A stretch of DNA of 64,000 nt from Eledone cirrhosa (Eukaryota), in contig OZ024750.1 in NCBI GenBank assembly GCA_964016885.1, forward strand, positions 26,908,001-26,972,000. The letters run 5' to 3'. This document shows positions 57,326 to 64,000 of this stretch, one piece after another; within the stretch, counting starts at the first letter, position 1; every line of letters starts with the position of its first letter. The notes under the pieces are model-generated. The model was not told the origin of the DNA, searched no databases, and was given only the letters and a program-made list of their open reading frames with translations. Position numbers and translations under genes: made by a program.

Positions 57326-58342
57326 CATTGGTCTTTTTTTTCACTTGAGTTTTACCATTTATCGTCAGTTTCTTTTCACTTTCCATTTTGCAGTATCTTT
57401 GAATCTCAATTAAGGTCTTCGTTGGTTTCTTCCACCACCCCACGACACCCCACCCATCCCCTCTAGTTGAGAGTAAAAGAATTGTCTGGGGAGGGGTAAG
57501 GTAGCTGGTATGTTATAATATATTTATATAATACAGACATGTCAAGTGATAAATTATAGCTAGATTTCAGTAAAAAAAAAGAGGAAAAATAACCCAAAAC
57601 AAACAGAAACTACTAAGATATACCATGACATCATATGAGATATCAAAGTCATTTAATAACAGTACAGTAATACGTAGTAATATAATAGTTAAGTAAACTG
57701 CATATCAACGATAGATGATGATAAATGAGATTGATAAGAGAGAGTGTATGTAATAAATAAAACACCATGAGGATATCTAATGACATATATATCACTATTT
57801 AATGTAGAAACTAATAATATAAAACATATCAACAGATTGTCTAACTGTAGATATGACAGATTATATTATAGATTAAATAGTGCAACTAATAGATCTGATT
57901 TTGGACTCCCTGCGGGACAAAAAACAAAACCTGACAAAGGGCGGAAGAACTCATAAGAGTCAACAGCCATCTAAAAAAAACAATAAAAAATCCTGCCAAA
58001 TCAATGGGTGGCAGTAGTTCCAGCTGCACGCATCGAAAGACTGGTGTAGAGGTTCTGAAAACAATTCGGCTTTGCAGTTGATCAATGCAAATTGATAATG
58101 GAAAGGCGCTCCCACTCGAGTTAGAAGAGAACTATTGACCTTCAGGAAAAGCAGCGGCCCCTGATTGTATTCAGCAACCGAAACAAATATAAAGTACACC
58201 AAATCCAATACTCCTAGGGGCGGCTCTGGTTCTTCCTATTTGCGAGTGTAAACTCGGCCAGATTAGATTAGATTAGAATAGATCTCTCTATAGATGATAG
58301 GTTAACTGATGACAGTGTTATGATGTTATATTATATAACCAC

Positions 58343-58645
58343 AGGCGGAGGACTGGCAGTATCGGTAGAGCGTCAAACACCATGGCCCTTTATGTTCTGA
58401 GTCCAAATCTGCCGAGGTTAACTTTGCCTTTCATCCTTACGGGGTCGATCAAATAAAGTACCAGTAATGCACTGGGATAATTGCTGGCCTTGTACCAAAT
58501 GCAGCATGGAGTTATGGCCCTTTATTTTCTGAGTTCAAATCCGCCGAGGTTAACTTTGCCTTTCATCCCTGCGGGGTCGAAAGAATAAAGCACCAGTAAT
58601 GCACTGGGATAATTGCTGGCCTTGCGCCAAAAGTAGAAACAATTA
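58343..58645 (+). mobile_element. Two tandem OK-like SINE copies
   Basis: Duplicated ctgagttcaaat..gaggttaactttgcc block. Confidence 0.85.
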
Positions 58646-58693
58646 TATAACAACAGGGGATGTAGAGGCTGTTGTTGTTGGAGAGAGAGAGAG

Positions 58694-58743
<50 letters not shown>

Positions 58744-58764
58744 GTATGACAGAGAGAGAGAGAT

Positions 58765-58807
<43 letters not shown>

Positions 58808-59264
58808 GAATAAGCAAAACAACGAGGTTGGTAAGTGATTAATTGACAAGGTCACTTCAGAAGCACTCGAAATTCCAGAACCACATCATTAGATTTATGA
58901 CTGGCAAGCAAACAGCTCAGCGACCGTATCTGTATCAGTGAGCTGCTCAACATTACCAAATTTAGACCAATTATATCAATTATCAAGTCAATAGTACTGA
59001 AACTATGCGGTCATATAAAAAGATCAACTCGTGGTGTGAGTAGGTTATGCCTGGAAGGAAGGTTGGCTGGTAAGAGAAGCAGAGACCGGCAGCCAAAACG
59101 ATGACTTGATAATGTCAACTTATGGACTGGACTTGATCTTTGTTCTGTAAACTTTGCTGTTGGTGATCGAACTTTATGGAGAAAAATATATCATGTTGAT
59201 GCGCAGCCTGCAACTGGCGGAGTTTAGCGTCTAAGAGGAAGGTGGTTACATTTTGGGGATGTGG

Positions 59265-59555
59265 TGTCTAAGGTGTTGTTTGTGTGAAGAGTATCACTAA
59301 AGACAAAGCTATTGTGGTACGGGGTTTTGTTTTTGTGGAGAGCGTCAGTTACAACAAAGCTAGGTGATTTAGGGTGGTGTTTTTATGTTGAGCTTATTAC
59401 AGCAAAGCTATTGGTTGTTTCCTAGGGTTGTAGTTGTGTGTAGAACTTCAGTGGTAATAAAGCTATGTGGCCCAGGGTGATGTTTGTGTGTAGAATATCA
59501 GTTACAACGAAGTTATGTGATCTAAGGTGATGTTGTGTATAGAGCATCACTAACT
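59265..59555. repeat. Old about 50-bp tandem repeat, about 6 units
   Basis: Recurrent ctaaggtg(a/t)tgtttgtgt..agag..tca..acaaagctat. Confidence 0.7.
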
Positions 59556-59759
59556 AACTTTTCTCCAGTAAAACGGAGAGGGCGGGGGAGAACAGCCCCC
59601 CCCCCCCCCGCTCACTGGACCACCCCTCCCGATCATGCCCGCGCTTCGGGAGTTTTCTCTACCATTTTTTTCTCTACCATCGTTATCAACGAATATGAGC
59701 TCCAGACCAGTCAGAAACGTACACTTGTCGCATTTTGTAGGAAATAATTAGTTTCCCAA

Positions 59760-59935
59760 GTTTTTCTTTCGTGTGCTGCCAACTAATCTGACTTCCTAGA
59801 TGCTCGCAATCGACTTTTTTCCCCCCGGAAAACGGAAATACCAACCCTAAATCGACCATAACCCTAATCAGGGAAAAAATGTCGATTGCGAGGATTTTTA
59901 AGGTTAGATTAGTTGATAGCTTACGGAAAAAAAAA
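59760..59935. mobile_element. MITE-like inverted repeat with a central aaccctaa motif
   Basis: caactaatct..ctcgcaatcgacttttttccc versus gggaaaaaatgtcgattgcgag..agattagttg. Confidence 0.55.
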
Positions 59936-59974
59936 GGTGTGTGTGTGTGTGTAGGGGGTATTCTATAATAATAA

Positions 59975-61870
59975 TTTCTAGTATAGGCACAAGGCCAGTA
60001 ATTTGGGGGGAGAGGAAAGTCGATTAAATCGACGCCAATACGTTACTGGTACTTTATTTTATCGACCCCGTAAGGATGAAAGCTAACCTTGGTGGGTTTT
60101 TCACCCATCGATCTTCTGTGTCTCAAAATTAATAAATGTTTACAGCATTCATTCTGTTGTTTTATTCAGTATAACAATAATTAAATAAAAATGATACCAT
60201 CTTAAAGCAATTTAAATACCATATCTCGGATACTATTTGAGATTTTACTATTTCATTGTCATTGTTTTAATTTATAATTTATAATTTTTCTGAAGATGTT
60301 TTACATTCTTTCTTCTTCAGGAAGTAGTTGTAATGTAAGGCAACAAAATGGCGTTTTATTCTATCTTGTTTTCTATCTTGCTTATGTTTTGCTTAATAAA
60401 GGTTAATAATCAGGGAAATACTTTATACTCACCCTGTATTTATTAAAGAGAATTATGTAAATAGCAACACGTGATATAGTAATATTTATGGAAAGATATC
60501 AACAGATAGGGCCAAAAATAACATTTTAACAGATGTTCTTGGAACAAGATAGAATGATATGATAGCAACAGATGCCACCATCGAAATAGTTGATATGGGG
60601 TGTAGGAGGGTTTATGTTCATAAGGCTCCGAACGGCATGGAAATATATATCTACTCCTAGAACAGGTGGATATCGTTGCAGATGATATAGTAATAAATTA
60701 GAGTTAGAAGACATAACTATACAGAGTTTATCTTTAGTTTGTTTCTTCGGGTAATAAAAACATCGAGAATGGCTGATTTGTGATGCGCCTGTTAATATTG
60801 GTCGTGACAATGGCGTTTCTTTCAGTACTGGTTACAGAAGATAACGTTGATAAATCCAAAGAATAAATCTGTGTAATGTGACAAGCGTTCATGTATGAAA
60901 ACAGATAATATAATGGTTTAGGTACAAAGCCAACATCTCTGGGGAAAAGGGAAAGTCGATTAAATCGACTCCAGTGTATTACTGGTACTTTATTTTATCA
61001 ATCCCGTGAGGCTGAAAACCAATGCTAACCTAGACAGGATCTGAACTCAGAACGTAAAGTACTGTAACTCTATGCCACTAAGCTTATTGTTCGACGCTCT
61101 AACGATTCTACCAATCCACCGCCCTTTATAGATATAATAATGGCTTCTGATTTAGGCACAAGGCCAACATCTTGACCATAATGATGATGGCCATGGTTGG
61201 TGATGAAAATGATAATGATGATAATGACTGTTTTTTATTTGTTACAAGAACACCGACAACATTTGGGGCATAAGGACAAAACAACAACACAGATTAGGGG
61301 TTACTTCAAATAAAAAAGGGAGATATTATCAAAGAGAAAACAGTAGATAATAATAATTGTTTCTACTTTTGACACAAGGCCAGCAAATACCCAGTGCATT
61401 ACTGGTACTTTATTTTATCGACCCCGTAAGGATGAAAGGCAAAGTTAACTTCGGCGGGATTTGAAGTCAGATCATAAAGGGCCGTAACTCTGCTGCAAAG
61501 CATGGCGTCCGACCCTCTACCGATACTCCCATAATAATAATAGTAATTGTTTCAATTTTTGGCACAAGGCCAGCAATTATCCCAGTGCATTACTGGTACT
61601 TTATCTTATCGACCCTGTGAGGATGAAAGCCAAAGCTAACCATGGCAGGATTTGAACTCAGAACAGAAAGTGCCGTAACTCTATACCACTAAGCTTGTTG
61701 TCTAACACTCTACCGATTCTGCCAATCCACCGCCCTTCAAACATAGATAGAATAGGAGCAATATCATAGTCTTGTCTGGAAGGGCTTCGTTGATTATATA
61801 TAAGAACACTCCTCCCAACTCCAGTACTTCATTTATCGACACCCCGAAATTAAAAGATAAAGCTGAATTT
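59975..61870 (-). mobile_element. Cluster of OK-like SINEs (59975-60095, 60910-61125, 61355-61530, 61545-61735, 61815-61870)
   Basis: Each carries actggtactttattttatcgacccc-type core sequence. Confidence 0.85.
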
Positions 61871-61998
61871 AAGGTATACCAGCCGTGATGTTGCCCCATT
61901 TGTGGGACACATATGACCCTTTTATTAAAAGTGCCCCATTTGGATTGCGTTTACCATTATTCCTTTGTTATATTCCTTTATTATATAACTTTTATACA

Positions 61999-62064
61999 AT
62001 AAACACCTGATGATGTCACCAGGATCCTACGGAACTTGGTCATTGTAATGTGCATAGTGTTTAT
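61999..62064 (+). ncRNA. Family E hammerhead with GAAA>GTAA mutation
   Basis: ataaacac-CTGATGA-tgtcaccagg..cttggtcatt-GTAA-tgtgca-TA-gtgtttat; 8-bp stem I. Confidence 0.75.
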
Positions 62065-62113
62065 AATAAATATTTGAAGGAATCTTACCACTCCAGCCTC
62101 CTGTCATTTTACT

Positions 62114-62154
<41 letters not shown>

Positions 62155-62173
62155 TATATATACACATACATAC

Positions 62174-62236
<63 letters not shown>

Positions 62237-62720
62237 TATTTATATGTATCTATACGTCGTCCATACACACACATAATACTTACACACACATCCACCATTC
62301 ACCATTCACCACTTGCACATACACAGAGATACATCTCTAAGCAATATAAAGCCAGAATTGATTCCTCTATAAGATGAGAAAAAAAAAATGAAGCCAAGAA
62401 GCGGAAAAGGCTTTGGCAGTGTCAGCGAAAGCTTATTGTTTACTCTGGTGGTTTGTCAGACATTTTGTTTTTTTTCTACTTTTCGTCATTTATTATGTTT
62501 CAGAGTTTAGCCTATCGTATGTCACGTCGAAATGGCACATGGCATTCAGCGATTGAATTTCAGACGGGGGGTAAGAAGTATTCCCCCTGGACCCAGGTGC
62601 TGGTGTGTATAGTTATGTATGTCTTACTGATTTCTATGTGTTTTTATGTCCCAATCTCTTTCTGGTTTATTACTCGTTGTTAGTATTTCTAGTCATTCGC
62701 TCCTATTTCTTTTGCTCTAC

Positions 62721-62721
<1 letters not shown>

Positions 62722-62818
<97 letters not shown>

Positions 62819-63102
62819 CTCTCTCTCTTTATCTTTCTTTCTCTATCTCTCTCACTTGCTCTTGCTCTCTCTTTCCCTCTCTCTCTCTTTATTTTTATTT
62901 CTCTATCCCTCTTTCCCACTCTCACATTATTTCTTTCTCTCTTTGTCCCTCTCTTTCTTTCTCTCTTTCTCTCTACTCCTCTTTATTTATTTCTCTCTCT
63001 CTCTCTTTCTCTCTATCTCTCTTTCTTTCTTCCTTTCTCTCGCTCTCTCTTTCTCTTTTTCTTTCTCTTTCTTTCTCACTCTTTATCTTACCCCCCTCTC
63101 TC
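62722..63102. repeat. (CT)-rich tract
   Basis: Direct inspection. Confidence 0.9.
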
Positions 63103-63416
63103 TATATATATATGTATGTATGTATATACACAGACACATACATATATCACCATGCCAGTATGTTCATGTCTATATATAAATGTTGTTGATAGAAATGTAT
63201 ATGCGATTGTGTGTATATATGTATGTGTATATGTGTGCTTTGTTTGCATGACAATGTATTATACTTGAGTGCCTTAATTGAAGCATATGGATACATACAT
63301 ACGTACTCTTAATGCGATATGCATTCACAGATACACACATACACATACACACGCACGTATACATATGTATTTACGTGTATATACACACACATATATATAT
63401 ATTTATATGTATATAC

Positions 63417-63496
<80 letters not shown>

Positions 63497-63498
<2 letters not shown>

Positions 63499-63917
63499 AA
63501 TAGAATGAAACGAAATTTCATTTCTCACTCTTAGTACGGCACTTACATAAAAGTAAGTATGTATGTATGTATACGTACATACATATATGTATACAGACGT
63601 ACAGTAGTATGTATATATATACATACATGCACGCATATATATATATATATGCACGTATCGGTTTACCGAACATTTATTGTAATGCTCGGTTTGTTTGTTT
63701 GTAAACAAACAAACAGCCCGAATTACGCCGTACAGTGTTTAGGCAACCACGTCACCCATTTGTTTAACACTGACACAGGAACGATGTACTAGTTTCATGC
63801 TTATTAGCTATCGTCAGCATCGTATACCTTCCTACCAGATGGTTGAACGTCTGAAAGTATATACTTTCCTTATGCATATTAACGGCTGAGTAGCCTAATT
63901 TGCATATCGAGTGAGTT
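63497..63917 (-). mobile_element. Dispersed monomer of retrozyme family R
   Basis: Reverse complement of the 430-nt unit; ends next to (TA)n at about the same position as the array. Confidence 0.9.
63781..63823 (-). ncRNA. Minimal type I hammerhead (family R), best-paired copy
   Basis: acgatg-CTGACGA-ta gct aata agc at-GAAA-ctag-TA-catcgt. Confidence 0.92.
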
Positions 63918-64000
63918 CAGTTACCTATGTAAAAGGTAAACAGAAATAACAACACAATCGGTACAATATATGGAAGGTATATATTAGGTTAACGCTTGAT

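Noticed and set aside
59265-59555. CRISPR-like periodicity
   Set aside because: Whole units are similar, there are no unique spacers or cas genes, and the context is eukaryotic

Overview
AT-rich, repeat-dense eukaryotic DNA with no recognisable intact host gene. The many OK-like and OR-like tRNA-derived SINEs point to an octopod cephalopod (inference). The window is a mosaic of microsatellites (mainly (TA)n) holding nested retroelements: five Penelope-like element (PLE) loci, including an uninterrupted 650-aa Naiad-like RT+GIY-YIG ORF; Tx1/L1 copies; an R4/Dong element in (TAA)n; RTE and CR1-group fragments; and about 20 SINEs. The main signal is invisible in the ORF track. By eye I find about 17 type I hammerhead ribozyme (HHR) motifs (12 with an intact core) from at least 7 sequence families. 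They occur in PLE pseudo-LTRs, in non-coding 430-nt and about 478-nt tandem units resembling non-LTR retrozymes, and in asymmetric fold-back elements inserted into (TA)n. Folds and coordinates were read manually; no folding program or database search was run.
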